Shown here piece after piece: positions 1 through 13,218 of a stretch of 64,000 bases of DNA; position 1 is the first letter of the stretch, and each line of letters begins with the position of its first letter. The translations under genes were made by a program, and so were the position numbers. The notes under the pieces are model-generated. The model saw nothing but the letters and a program-made list of their open reading frames with translations. It had not been told where the DNA came from and searched no databases. Origin of the DNA: Mobula hypostoma. Taxonomy: Eukaryota. The stretch covers positions 89,344,001 through 89,408,000 of the forward strand of contig NC_086097.1 of assembly GCF_963921235.1 (NCBI RefSeq). The letters are read 5' to 3'.

Positions 1-640
1 CTGAAAAAGATGGGGGAATATGCCAGAATAAAAAGTTGGGGGGAGGGAAAGGAGGAGAGCTAGAGGTAATAGGTGAAGCTAGGTGGGTGGGAAAGGTAAG
101 GGGCTGGAGAAGAACGAGATGAGAGAGGAGTGTGGACCATGGGAGAAGGGGAAGGAGGAGGTGACCCAAGCTGAAGTGATAGGTACATGAGAAGAGGTAA
201 GAGTCAGAGTCGGGAATAGAAGAGGGGAGTGGGAGGGAAGTTTTTTTTTAATGAGGAGAAATCGAAATTTATGCCATCAGGTTGGAGGCTACCCAGATGG
301 AATATAAAGTATTGCTGCTCTACCCTGAGGGTAGCCTCAACTTGGCACAAGAGCAGGCCATGGCCCGACATATCGGAACTAAAATGTTTGGCCAGTAGGA
401 AGTTCCACTTTTGGCAGATGGAGTGGAGATACTCAACGAGGCGGTCCCCCAATTTACAATGGGTCTCACCGATGTAGAGGAGTCTGCATCGGGAACACCA
501 GACACAACAGACAGCCCCCAGCAGATTCGCAGGTGATGTATTGCCTCACCTGGAGGGGCTGTGAATGGAGGTGAGAGAGGAGGTGAACGGGCACTTAGAA
601 TGCTTGCAGGGAGGGACAAATGGATAAGGGAATCATAGAG
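1..640 (-). mobile_element. Penelope-like element (PLE), degraded 3' part: GIY-YIG C-terminus plus pyrimidine-rich 3' UTR, running off the window edge
   Basis: Minus ORF 204-452 GDRLVEYLHS...KHF...LRVEQQYFIFHLGSLQPDGIN matches the PLE copies at 26686, 45770 and 58215 in this window. Confidence 0.8.
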
Positions 641-689
641 GGGAGTGGGGGGAAGTAAAGATATATTTAGTGGTAGGATATGTTCAGTG

Positions 690-1210
690 GAATTAAATGG
701 AGCCTTCTCAAACTGGCAGGCTGTGACTGGTATGGTACTGTAAGGATCATTGCTTGGGCCCCAGCTGCCCATGACATGTGTCAAAAAGGTTGCATAGAGG
801 ATCAAATGCCAAATTTCTAAGTTTGCTGATGCTACAGTTTTAGTTGGGTGTGTGAGGATGAAGGAGCGTGTGAGGACACATGGACAAACTGAGTATGTGG
901 GTGAAAACATGGCAGATGGAATATAGTGTAGGAAAATCTGAGGTCAACCACTTATGTACATTAAAGAAAAAAAGCATATTAAATGGTGAGAGATTGCATA
1001 GTCCAGAAGTTCAAAGGAACCTGGGTGGTCTTGGACTGAATGCCAAAAGTCAGGTGCAGGATGAGATGAGAATTCATTGAAGCTAACAACATTCTTAAAG
1101 TGCTTAACAGGCTGGATGCAGCAAGAATTGAGGAAGGCAAGTGTTATGGTAACCTTTCTTAGGAGAGGATTTGAACACAGGAATAATGCAATAACGGAGA
1201 GGCTTTGTAA
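690..1210 (+). mobile_element. Degraded CR1 LINE RT fragment
   Basis: tctaagtttgctgatg (SKFAD) and W..TWQMEYSVGKSEV, similar to the CR1 RT at 12290-12440. Confidence 0.65.
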
Positions 1211-1865
1211 AACCACATCCAAGGGTCAAAGGTTCATTTTATTGTCAAAGTATGCATGTACAATACAACTCTGGTATTCGTCTTCTCCAGACAGCTATGA
1301 AATAGAGGGGAAAAAACTGTGGGAGTTGTCGAAAGGAAATGTATCAAGCCCCTCCCTCGCAAAAAAAGTGACAATAACATCAAACCCCCAACTCCCCCCT
1401 CACAAAAAAAAGGACTACACCATGGAGTTTTATTCTTTACCTAAGAAAGGACGCGTTTGCAATAGGGTCAGTGCAGTGAGGAGTCACTGCCCAAGCTGCA
1501 AAGTTAGCAGCTTTGTCACATGAGGAGAAATTGAATAGACCATTTTTGTTTGGTTTATTTTTGTCACAGGTACTGAGGTACAGTGAAAAGCTTTTGTTTT
1601 GCATGTAATTATTACACCAATCATTAAACACAATGAAAAAAAAAGTTGGAGAGACATGATGAGGTAGATTGGTAGAACAATAGTTTGAAAGCTCACCGTT
1701 TAGCTTATGAGAGGAACATTTAAGAAACAATCAGATAGGAGCTGTCCTTGAATCTGGTGGTTCACAATCATGCTTTTCTCTCTTCTGTCCAATAGGAGAG
1801 TGGAGAAGAGAGAATAATTGGGGCAAGAAGGGTCCCTGATTACGTTGTCTGCTTTCCTGAGGCAG

Positions 1866-1990
1866 CAGATAGATAGATAGACATACTTTATTGATCCCGA
1901 GGGAAATTAGGTTTCATTATAGTTGCACCAACCAAGAACAGAGTACAAACATAGCAATACAAAACCACAAACAATCAAATAATAATATAA
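1866..1990 (-). mobile_element. Rex1/Babar-type LINE 3' end with (TCTA)n tail
   Basis: Reverse complement of the 3' UTR at 7424-7478 (gttggtgcaac...atttccctcgggatcaataaagtatg). Confidence 0.7.
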
Positions 1991-2094
1991 TGTAGACAAT
2001 CAGATAATGTAGATAGAGTCACTGGAGAGAAGGCTGGTTTGCATGACTGGGCTATGTGCACAGATTTCTATAATTCCTTGTGGACTGTCATCCT

Positions 2095-2820
2095 TTAGAT
2101 TTTAGAAGGATGAATTAAGAATTCATTGGAACTAACAAAATTCTTTAAGGCACTTGACAGGCAGGATGTAAGGAAGGTGCTGCTCCTGGCTGAGGAGTCT
2201 CGTTTCGGAATAAGACGTAGGCTGTTTAGGATTGTGGTGAGGAAAATTTTTTCAATCAGCGTGTGGTGAAACTTTGGAATTCTGTACCCCAGAATGGTGT
2301 GGAAGCACAGTCATTATGTTCAATCAAAATGAAGACTGATGGACCTATGAGCACAGGAAATCGAGATATGGGACAGCGCAGTAAAATGATGCTGTGGTAG
2401 ACTACAAGCAGTGATCTTGATAAATGGTGAATCAGGCTTAGAACGTCATATGGTTTATTCCCTAAAACAATGAGATGTAGGAGCAGACTTGGGCTATTTG
2501 GCCCAATGAGTCTGTTTCTCCATTGAATCTTGTTTGATTTTCCTTTCAACCCCATTCTCCTGCCTTCTCCCTGTATACCCCCTAACGAGCAAGAACCAAC
2601 CAGTCCCTACCTTTAAATATACCCAGTGATGGCCTCCACGGCTCTTTGTGGCAATGAATGCTACCAATTTACCACCCTCTGGGTAAAGAAATGCCTCCTC
2701 CTCTCTGTCCTTCGACTTTGAAGTTGTGAGCTCAGATCTTAGACTCTCCTGATGGAAACTTTCTCTCTTTGTCCACTCTTTTGAAGCCTTTCAGAAACTG
2801 GGAGGCTTCAATGAGGTCCC
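2095..2820. mobile_element. Two degraded CR1 3' fragments, tail to tail (about 2095-2465 +, 2470-2820 -)
   Basis: CR1 C-terminal signature ttcaatcagcgtgtggtgaaactttggaattct on +, and a reverse-oriented equivalent at 2660-2700. Confidence 0.55.
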
Positions 2821-4019
2821 CTGAACTCCTGTTCCTATTTCTTATGTCATGAGTGATCTAATCAGGCCGATTAAAGGGACTCGGAAAGAGAGAAAGGGAA
2901 CCTTCCACTCAGTAGCGTACAGAGTTGTGTGTGGGGAAGGGGTACAGTTTGGAGTGGCCTTTCTTTAAAACTTTGACTGTTTAGGAATAAAATCTGAAAA
3001 CACAATACTTCCAGTTGATTAGTACAAATCTGAAACACCCTCTCCATCAAAGCTGTGTGAGCATTAAGATGTTCAGAAGGAAGGTATATAATTTTCATAA
3101 AAGAATGAGAATCTATGTAACAAAAAAGAAAGAAAATTATCTTTATATAAAACAGGAAAAAATATGTAAAAGAAGAAGGGAGAAAACAATGATATAAAAG
3201 AATAAAAAGAATTATAGAAAATCTGAGTTGATTGTTGTTAGGCGGGGGTATCAAGGTATGATATGGAGGTACATATCTGCTAATTGAATTATGGAAAAAG
3301 TTGGTGTCCTCAATAGTCTGCTTCACTTCTCTTTGTCCCTTAATCCCAGTGCATGCATTTCCCCCTACTTACCCTGTTTCTGCTCCCTTCTTCGTTCCCT
3401 CCTTGCTTGGAGTCTGTGTGTATTCTTCCCACCCTGATCCTGCCTTCCCACCCTCTCATGGACCCATCACCCCCTCATAGCACATCAGGTCCTGGCTCCC
3501 TGACTGCACTCGTTCCTCCTCTCCTCCCCTCCCCTGGTGCCCTCATGCCCCTATCCTGAAACTGTTTTGTACTAATCACTTGGTGCCTAGGTCTCTTACT
3601 GCACAGGTAGTCTGATGTTTCACTGATTGCTCCTTGATACTGTAATTAAAGACTGCAGAAGCAATGTTTGATTTTGAGCCAGAACGCCTGCTCTTAGAGC
3701 TCAGATTTCACACTGATTGAAACACGACAATTCTTATATACTCCTATTTTATCTTGCTCATTGCCAGTTCAAACAAGTGATGGGCATTAATTCCTTGCAT
3801 TTGGGAGGTATTTAAAAATCATTGCGATTTATTACAGAGTACACAGAAAATCTACTTCCTCCAGTGGGAATACTAGAGTGGGGGATAAACTGTGAAGTAG
3901 GTTTTCAGATGATATCTCAAATCCTGGAATGAACTAAACTGCTGCTGCAAAAAGCTATTTTTCAAGGCATTTATACCCTGGGTATGTTTGCCTATAAACT
4001 TGAATAAATTCTCTTCACC

Positions 4020-4548
4020 TTGCACCGCTGTACCATTGAGAGTATACTCACCAACTGCATCTCAGTGTGGTATGGCAATTGTCCCGTATTGGACCGCAAA
4101 GCACTCCAGCGTGTGGTGAACACTGCCCAGCGGATTATCGGCACTCAATTGCCCACCATTGAGAACATCTACCATAAACGCTGCCTGGGCAGGGCGAAAA
4201 GCATTATCAAGGATGCATCTCACCTTAACCGTGGACTTTTTACTCTCCTCCCATCCGGTAAGCGCTACAGGAGCCTCCGTTCCCGCACCAGCAGGCACAG
4301 GAAAAGCTTCTTCCCTGAGGCTGTGACCCTGCTGAACTTCATATCACAGAGCTAAGCAGTATTGCACCCATATTGTATTGTCTCAGTACTTTTCTATTTG
4401 TGTGCTGTAGCATTTACTTTTTATTCGCAGTTATTTTGTAAAAACATTATTCTTTGCATTTCAGGTTAGATGCTAACTGCATTTCATTGGCTTTGTATCT
4501 GTACTCGGCACAATGACAATAAAGTTGAATCTAATCTAATCTAATCTA
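4020..4548 (+). mobile_element. 5'-truncated Rex1/Babar-type LINE (ORF2 C-terminus, 3' UTR, (AATCT)n tail)
   Basis: RCTIESILTNCISVWYGNC..DRKALQRVV..LFTLLPSGKRYRS..SFFPEAVTLLN; aataaa followed by gaatctaatctaatctaatctaa. Confidence 0.88.
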
Positions 4549-5699
4549 AATGCTGTTGCCTGGGCTCAATTTGAGTTTTGCTCAGGGGCACAGTAGAGGG
4601 ACGTGTAGTAATGGTGGGCGGGTGGCTCGAGTTAGATTGTAGCTGATCTGTGGCTTGATAGTTGGACCCCAACAGTCCCTCCTCCCAGTTCGTGGGAACG
4701 GGCTATTTGGCTGACTAGGGCAACTAGCACCTTCCTCAGTCTGCCCTCATCTGAATCCTTGACTGCAGTACCTGGGCCAGAACCCTGGATGATTACCTTC
4801 CTCGTTCTTAGTCAGTTTCAGGTCTGACTAAAAGTTAGGCAACCTCGGTCTTGAACCTGGGAGGGTTGCAACAATGCAGAAAAGTTGCAAAGCTAGTAGA
4901 AAAATACAGGTTCAGCCCTAATCAACGTTCCCTCTTATTTTTTTTTACAGCTGCCCAGACCAACTGTTGCTCTGAGCAGGAAATGTTTACCTGCCCTGAA
5001 AACCATGCAGCACTTTAATAAAACATGATATAACAAAAAATTACAGCTTCACAGCAACAAAGGCTAGGTGCGCGGGAGCTTTGCAGTTACTGTGCGGCCA
5101 CACAACTTAGAGGGAACAGTGGTCCTAAGCTAGGATGCCTTCAGTGTGGAGTTTGCATGTTCTCCCCTGGACCGTGTGGGTTTCTTTCCTCACTCCAAAG
5201 ACACGTTGTTTGGTAGGTTAATCAGCCACAGTAAATTACAGATGAGTATACAGGTGAGGGGTAGAATATGAGGGCAAATTGATGAGAACAGGAGAGGAAT
5301 GGAATGGGATCAGGCCTTTTGAGGGAAGCCTTTCTTCAGTAATATCAGCAACCGACTCACTCCTGATGATTTGCCCCATCCTGAGTGAGCTGAGGAACAC
5401 AAGCCAGGCTGTCACATTGCATCGGTTTGTAATTAATGAGTCTCATGAGTGTTGCTCCTCCATTAAACAAGGTACCATGATATATCACCTTTTAAGACAG
5501 TAAAGCAACCTGCTTCTCAGAACTGTAACCTGACACCCAAGTAGAGAAAGGTGACCTACACATTTTCAAATGGGTAGGCTTCAGCGAAAGAAATTTTATT
5601 TCTGAAGTATCCTGCCAAAGTCCAGTAAGAGTCAAATTTTCTACAGTAAATGAAGTACTTGTGAACTGAAAGTAGAAATGTCAGATACAAGGGACTGAA

Positions 5700-5970
5700 G
5701 ACCACATGAAAAATGCTGGAGGAACTCAGCAGGTCAGGCTGCATCCATTGAAAAGGATACAGTCAATGTTTTGGGCTGAGATCCTTCTTCAGGACTGAGA
5801 AGATGATGCTGGAATCTGGAGCAACAAACTGTTAGAAAAACTCAGCAGGTCAGGCTGATCTGTGGGAGGGAAGAAGAATTTCAGGGTTTCAATCTGGAGA
5901 GCTGACAATTCATTTCCTCCCAGAGATGCTACTTGACCTGCTGTGTTCTTTTAGCAGATTTTTTGTTGCA
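5700..5970. mobile_element. PLE 3'/terminal-repeat-derived short copies, with a decayed hammerhead motif (5760-5797, -) and an inverted pair at 5815-5970
   Basis: tgctggaggaactcagcaggtcagg motif; reverse complement of 5760-5797 reads cagtc-CTGAAGA-aggatctcagccc-AAAA-cattgactg. Confidence 0.7.
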
Positions 5971-6344
5971 GTAGAAATATCACACCCTGTGTTCAAGAAA
6001 GATTGAATTGGCCCAGATGGCATTGACTTAAGGTCCACTGTCCATTTCTGTGCCTTCTACAGATGCTCCCTGTCCTGCCCAGTTTGTGCATTGTACCAGA
6101 TTCCAGCATATTGTGCCCTGCTTGGATTGTGTGGGTTGATTGTATGGTCATTGGATGAGGATAGGATAGTGCCCACTGCATCTTCTCCTCTCCCAGCCTT
6201 GGTGATGCCTGTCAGTCACTTGCTATCCAGTTGCACAAATCAGTAAGGACACACTGGCTTGCATTGTCTGGAACTACCCTGAGCACTTGTAATTGTACTA
6301 CAATTTTGGAGGAGAAAGTTTGTGAGTTCCAAAGAGAGAAACCT

Positions 6345-7494
6345 TGCCAGCGAGCACTGTGAGGGTCATGTTTTTTGACTTCTCCAGTGTGTTCAATACC
6401 ATCCGCCCTGCTCTGCTGGGGGAGAAGCTGACAGCGATGCAGGTGGATGCTTTCCTGGTGTCATGGATTATTGATTACCTGACTGGCAGACCACAGTACG
6501 TGTGCTAGCAACACTGTGTGTCCGACAGAGTGATCAGCAGCACTGGGGCTCCACAGGGGACTGTCTTGTCTTCCTTTCTCTTCACCATTTACACCTCGGA
6601 CTTCAACTACTGCACAGAGTCTTGCCATCTTCAGAAGTTTTCTGATGACTCTGCCATAGTTGGATGCATCAGCAAGGGAGATGAGGCTGAGTACAGGGCT
6701 ACGGCAGGAAACTTTGTCACATGGTGTGAGCAGAATTATCTGCAGCTTAATGTGAAAAAGACTAAGGAGCTGGTAGTGGACCTGAGGAGGGCTAAGGCAC
6801 CGGTGACCCCTGTTTCCATCCAGGGGGTCAGTGTGGACATGGTGGAGGATTACATATACCTGGGGATACGAATTGACTGGTCAAAGAACACTGAGGCTGT
6901 CTACAAGAAGGGTCAGAGCCGTCTCTATTTCCTGAGGAGACTGAGGTCCTTTAACATCTGTCAGACGATGCTGAGGATGTTCTACGAGTCTGTGGTGGCC
7001 AGTGCTATCATGTTTGCTGTTGTGTGCTGGGGCAGCAGGCTGAGGGTAACAGACACCAACAGAATCAACAAACTCATTCGTAAGGCCAGTGATGTTGTGG
7101 GGATGGAACTGGACTCTCTGACGGTGCTGTCTGAAAAGAGGATGCTGTCCAAGTTGCATGCCATCTTGGACAATGTCTCCCATCCACTACATAATGTACT
7201 GGTTGGGCACAGGAGTACATTCAGCCAGAGACTCATTCCACCGAGATGCAACACTGAGCATCATAGGAAATCATTCCTGCCTGTGGCCATCAAACTTTAC
7301 AACTCCTCCCTTGGAGGGTCAGACACCCTGAGCCAATAGGCTGGTCCTGGACTTATTTCCATCTGGCATAATTTACATAGTATTTAATTTTTTATGGTTT
7401 TATATTGCTATATTTATACTCTATTCTTGGTTGGTGCAACTGTAACGAAACCCAATTTCCCTCGGGATCAATAAAGTATGACTATGACTATGAC
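6345..7494 (+). mobile_element. 5'-truncated Rex1/Babar-type LINE, RT domain to 3' end, (TATGAC)3 tail
   Basis: MFFDFSS.FNTI from 6368, in-frame TAG at 6506-6508, GAPQGTVLS..LFTIYT, KFSDD, LNVKKTKELVVD, YLGI, RLYFLRRLRSFN; aataaagtatgactatgactatgac. Confidence 0.92.
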
Positions 7495-7954
7495 AAAATG
7501 GAGATTTACAGTTAGTACCAGTCAGCTCATTTGCCACTGTAACTTGCCCCTTAGTGTTAGTTCTTTTACTCCAATGCTTTCCTGGCTGGTCACACAACTT
7601 GTAATCTCTTGACAATATCCATTGTTGTGTTTCTCACACCAAGTTCCATCACCACTGATCTATATTGGTGCCTGGCACACGACAGCTATAGTTGCTAAGG
7701 TGCCACATACAGTAATAGGTTTGTCATTAACACTAGAGGTAATGGACTAATGGGTGTGGATAGAAAATTATGTAAGTAGCAGGAAACAAAATAGCTGCAA
7801 CAGAAAATTTTAAAAAAACGTCTGTGGTGGAAATCTAAAAAAAAACAAAAAATGCTAGAAGTATTCATCAGGTCAGGCTGCCTCTCTGGGAAGAGAAACA
7901 GATCTAACGCTTCAGCTTGATGCCTTTTAGTCAGAATGGTCTTGCACCAGACCA

Positions 7955-8252
7955 CATGGTAGCATGGCAGTTAGTGTAACACTTTACAACACCAGCAATT
8001 GGAAGGTCTGGTTTCCATTCTCACCACTGTCTGTGTTGTTCTCCACGTGACCCACGTGAGTTTCCTCCGGATGCTTTGGTTTCCTCCCACATTCCAAAGG
8101 GCTGAGGTAGTAAGTCATAGGCATGCTGTGTTGAAGGCAGATACGTGGTGAAACTGTGAGCTGCCCCCAGCACATCCTCGGACTGTGTTGGTTGTTGATG
8201 CCAGTGATGCATTTCACTGTATGTTTCAATGTACATGTGACATATAAAGCTA
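7955..8252 (+). mobile_element. tRNA-derived HE1/V-SINE-like element
   Basis: Decayed tRNA-like head; V-domain-like gttctccacgtgacccacgtgagtttcctccggatgctttggtttcctccca shared with copies at 19455, 29718, 50175 and 57545. Confidence 0.7.
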
Positions 8253-8593
8253 ATTAAAGATCATTGAGGCCTTCTGATGAAGGGTCTTTGATCTGAACTT
8301 TAGCTCTATTTCTCTTCTCTGATATGCAAAGTATTTCCAGCATTTTCTGTTGCTAGTACAAGGACTACTGCTTTGCCTAACACGTGGATATATTAAAGAC
8401 TTGGAACTTGGGTGCAGAGGGTACAATTTTGTAATCTGTAGATAGCAGGTGGCATTTAAGAATCTGTTGGGATAGACACATGGATATGCTGGAATGGAGG
8501 GATAGGGATCATGAACAGGCAGCAGTCTGTTTGATACAGACATCATGAGATGGAGAGCCTGTTCTTGTGCTGTACTGTTCTCTTATATGAGAC

Positions 8594-9522
8594 TTCAAAG
8601 TTAAAAGTAAACCCATTATCAAAGTACATACATGTCACTACGTACAACTCTGAGATTCATTTTCTTGCAGACATACTCAATAAACCCAATAACCATAATA
8701 GAATCAGTGAAAGACCGCACCAACAGGGCAGACAACCAGTGTGCAAAAGACAGCAACTGTGCAAATACAAAAAGGAAAAAAAAGAACAATAATAATAATA
8801 ATAAGCAATAAATATCAAGAACAGAAGGTGAAGAGTCCTTGTAAGTGAGTCCATAGGTTGTGCAAACAGTTCAGTGTTGGAGCGAATGAAGATGAGTGAA
8901 GTTATCCCCTCTGGTTCAGGACCCTGATGGTTGAGGGGTAATAACTGTTCTTGAACCTGGTCGTGGTGAGTCCAGAGGTTCCTGTACCTTCCTGATGGCA
9001 GCTGTGAGAAGAGAGCATAACCTGTGTGGCTGGGGTCTCTGATGATGGGGGTTGTTATCCTGCAACAAGGCAGCTCACATAGATGTGCTCAATGGTGAGA
9101 AGGGCTATATCGGAGATGGACTGGGCTGTATCCATTACTTTTTGTAGGATTTTTCATTCAAGGGCATTGGTGCTTCCGTACCAGGCAGTGATGCAGCCAG
9201 TCAATATACACCACACATCTATAGAAGACAGTCAAAGTCAAGGCAAATGTTTGCAACTCCTAAGGAAATAGAGGTGCTGCTGTGCTTTTTTTGTAATTGC
9301 ACTTACGTGCTGTGCTCAGGACAGGTCCTCTGAAATGATAGCACCGAGGAATTTAAAGTTACTGACCTTCTGCACCTGATTCCTCCAACGAGGACTGGCT
9401 CATGGATTTCTGGTTTCCTCCTCCTGAAGTCAATAATCAGCTCCTTGGTCTTGCTGACATTGAGTGAGAGGTTTGTGTTGTGGCACCACTCAGCCAGATT
9501 TTCAATCTTCCTCCAACATGCT
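8594..9522 (-). mobile_element. Rex1/Babar-type LINE, 3' half (split by the CR1 at 9523-13218)
   Basis: Reverse complement encodes aatgtcagcaagaccaaggagctgattattgacttcagg (NVSKTKELIIDFR) and LFSQLPSGRYR-like C-terminal motifs; sequence resumes at 13219. Confidence 0.8.
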
Positions 9523-12500
9523 CAGTCGAGGGAAGGGGAAAGGGCAGGCAGAGCAGGGTTCCCCTGTGGCCATTCCCCTCAACAACAAGTATACCACATT
9601 GGATATTGTTGGGGGGGATGACTTACCTGGGACAAGCTGCAGTAGCCGGATCTCTGGCACTGGGTCTGGCTCTGCAGTGCAGAAGGGAGGGGGGAAAAGA
9701 GGAGAGCGGTAGTGATAGGGGACTCGATAGTTAGAGGTGCAGATAGGAGGTTCTGTGGTTGTGACAGAGAATCCAGGATGGTTTGTTGCCTCCCGGGTGC
9801 CAGGGTCAAGGATGTCTCTGATCGATTGCATGACATTCTGAAGTGGGAGGGTGATCAGCCAGATGTCGTGGTACACATCGGTACCAATGACATAGCAAGG
9901 AAGAGTGAGGAGGTCCTGGAGAGTGAGTATAGAGAGCTTGGTAGGAAGTTGAAAAGCAGGACCTCGAGGGTGGTAATCTCAGGATTGCTACCTGTGCTAG
10001 GTGCCAGTGAGGGTAGGAATAGGATGCTCTGGAGGATGAACAAGTGGCTGAGGAACTGGTGTAGGGGGCAAGGTTTCAGATTTCAGGATAATTGGGACCT
10101 CTTCTGGGGCAGGTGGGACCTGTACAAGAGAGACGGGTTACACTTGAACTACAGGGGGACCAATATCCTTTCAGGGAGGTTTGTTAATGCTATTGGGGGG
10201 GCTTTAAACTAGATTTGCAGGGGGATGGGAACCACAGTACCATAGCTGACAGTGTGGCTGGGGTGAAAATAAATGATGTTAAATGTTCAAGCAAATCCAC
10301 TAATAGAAAGGTTGTGAGTGGCGGTAAAAATCTTCTGAGGTGTATATATTTCAGTGCTAGGAGTATTGCGGGGAAGGCGGATGAGTTGAGGGCGTGGATT
10401 GACACGTGGAATTATGACGTTGTAGCAATTAGTGAAACTTGGCTACAGGAGGGGCAGGACTGGCAGCTTAATATTCCAGGGTTCCGATGTTTCAGATGTG
10501 ATCGAGGCAGAGGAATGAAAGGTGGGGGGAGTAGCATTGCTTGTTAGGGAAAATATTACAGCAGTGCGCAGGCAGGACAGATTAGAGGGCTTGTCTACTG
10601 AGTCCTTATGGGTGGAGCTGAGAAACAGGAAAGGTATGGCCACATTAGTGGGATTGTATTACAGACCACCCAATAGTCAAAGAGAATTGGAAGTGCAAAT
10701 CTGCAGAGAGATAGCAGGCAACTGCAGGAAACATAAAGTTGTGGTGGTAGGGGATTTTAATTTTCCATATATTGATTGGGTCTCCCATACTGTTAGGGGT
10801 CTAGATGGTTTAGAGTTTGTAAGATGTGTTCAGAAAAGTTTTCTAAATCAATATATAGAGGGACCAACTAGAGGGGATGCAATATTGGATCTCCTGTTAG
10901 GAAACGAGTTAGGACAAGTGACGGAAGTCTGTGTAGGGGAGCACTTTGGTTCCAGTGATCATAACACCATTAGTTTCAACTTGATCATGGACAAGGATAG
11001 ATCTGGTCCTAGGGTTGAGGTTCTCAACTGGAAGAAGGCCAAATTTGAAGAAATGAGAAAGGATCTAAAAAGCGTGGATTGGGACAGGTTGTTCTCTGGC
11101 ATGGATGTGATCGGTAGGTGGGAAGCCTTCAAAGCAGAAATTTTGAGAGTGCAGAATTTGTATGTTCCTGTCAGGATTAAAGGCAAGGTGAATAGGAATA
11201 AGGAACCTTGGTTCTCGAGGGATATTGCAACTCTGATAAAGAAGAAGAGGGAGTTGTATGACGTGTATAGGAAGCAGGGAGTAAATAAGGTGCTTGAGGA
11301 GTATAAGAAGTGCAAGAAAATACTTAAGAAAGAAATCAGGAGGGCTAAAAGAAGACATGAGGTTGCCTTGGCAGTCAAAGTGAAGGATAATCCAAAGAGC
11401 TTTTACAGGTATATTAAGAGCAAGAGGATTGTAAGGGATAAAATTGGTCCTCTTGAAGATCAGAGTGGTCGGCTATGTGCGGAACCAAAGGAAATGGGGG
11501 AGATCTTAAATAGGTTTTTTGCATCTGTGTTTACTAAGGAAACTGGCATGAAGTCTATGGAATTAAGAGAAACAAGTACTGAGATCATGGAAACTGTACA
11601 GATCGAAAAGGAGGAGGTCCTTGCTATCTTGAGGAAAATTAAAGTGGATAAATCCCCGGGACCTGACAGGGTGTTCCCTCGGACCTTGAAGGAGACTAGT
11701 GTTGAAATTGCAGGGGTCCTGGCTGAAATATTTAAAATGTCGCTGTCTACAGGTGAGGTGCCAGAGGATTGGAGAGTGGCTCATGTTGTTCCGTTGTTTA
11801 AAAAAGGATCGAAAAGTAATCCGGGAAATTATAGGCCAGTAAGTTTAACGTCGGTAGTAGGTAAGTTATTGGAGGGAGTACTAAGAGACAAAATCTACGG
11901 GCATTTGGATAGATAAGGACTTATTAGGGAGAGCCAACATGGCTTTGTGCGTGGTAGGTCATGTTTGACCAATCTATTGGAGTTTTTCGAGGAGGTTACC
12001 AGGAAAGTGGATGAAGGGAAGGCAGTGGATATTGTCTACATGGACTTCAGTAAGGCCTTTGACAAGGTCCCGCATGGGAGGTTAGTTAGCAAAATTCAGT
12101 CGCTAGGTATACATGGAGAGGTGGTAAATTGGATTAGATATTGGCTCGATGGAAGAAGCCAGAGAGTGGTGGTAGAGAATTGCTTCTGTGAGTGGAGGCC
12201 TGTGACTAGTGGTGTGCCACAGGGATCAGTGCTGGGTCCATTGTTATTTGTCATCTATATCAATGATCTGGATGATAATGTGGTAAATTGGATCAGCAAG
12301 TTTGCTGATGATACAAAGATTGGAGGTGTAGTAGACAGTGAGGAAGGTTTTCAGAGCCTGCAGAGGGACTTGGACCAGCTGGAAAAATGGGCTAAAAAAT
12401 GGCAGATGGAGTTTAATACTGACAAGTGTGAGGTATTGCACGTTGGAAGGACAAACCAACGTAGAACATACAGGGTTAATGGTAAGGCACTGAGGAGTGC

Positions 12501-13218
12501 AGTGGAACAGAGGGATCTGGGAATACAGATACAAAATTCCCTAAAAGTGACGTCACAGGTAGATAGGGTCGTAAAGAGAGCTTTTGGTACATTGGCCTTT
12601 ATTAATCAAAGTATTGAGTATAAGAGCTGGAATGTTATGATGAGGTTGTATAAGGCATTGGTGAGGCCGAATCTGGAGTATTGTGTTCAGTTTTGGTCAC
12701 CAAATTACAGGAAGGATATAAATAAGGTTGAAAGAGTGCAGAGAAGGTTTACAAGGATGTTGCCGGGACTTGAGAAACTTAATTACAGAGAAAGGTTGAA
12801 TAGGTTGGGACTTTATTCCCTAGAGCGTAGAAGAATGAGGGGAGATTTGATAGAGATATATAAAATTATGATGGGTATAGATAGAGTGAATGCAAGCAGG
12901 CTTTTTCCACTGAGGCAAGGGGAGAAAAAAAACCAGATGACATGGGTTTAGGGTGAGGGGGGAAAAGTTTAAAGGGAACATTAGGGGGGGCTTCTTCACA
13001 CAGAGAGTGGTGGGAGTATGGAATGAGCTGCCAGACGAGGTGGTAAATGCGGGTTCTTTTTTAACATTTAAAAATAAATTGGACAGATACATGGATGGGA
13101 GGTGTATGGAGGGATATGGTCCGTGTGCAGGTTAGTGGGACTAGGCAGAAAATGGTTCGGCACAGCCAAGAAGGGCCAAAAGGCCTGTTTCTGTGCTGTA
13201 GTTTCTATGGTTTCTATG
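9523..13218 (+). mobile_element. CR1-clade LINE, about 3.7 kb, truncated within ORF1; SGNH-esterase ORF1 plus APE-RT ORF2, now disrupted
   Basis: ORF1 GDSIVRG / HIGTND / DGLHLN (9712-10212). ORF2 endonuclease motifs ISETWL, YYRPP, GDFN, LDLLL, SDHN; RT motifs KSPGPD, NYRPVSLTS, DFSKAFDKVPH, GVPQGSVLGP, KFADDTK. Frameshifts near 10520 and 12925, TAA at 11914-11916. Tail (GTTTCTATG)2. Confidence 0.96.

Noticed and set aside
6197..6248. Possible exon encoding MPVSHLLSSCTN, echoing the MPVS start of human PLEKHG3
   Set aside because: The donor would be phase 2, incompatible with the phase-1 acceptor at 53456, and the similarity is only four residues.
9712..10212. Horizontally acquired bacterial GDSL lipase
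   Set aside because: It occupies the ORF1 position of a CR1 LINE and recurs in the second CR1; this is a known LINE architecture.
10215..12951. Active LINE or domesticated RT gene
   Set aside because: 5'-truncated, with two frameshifts and an in-frame stop in ORF2.
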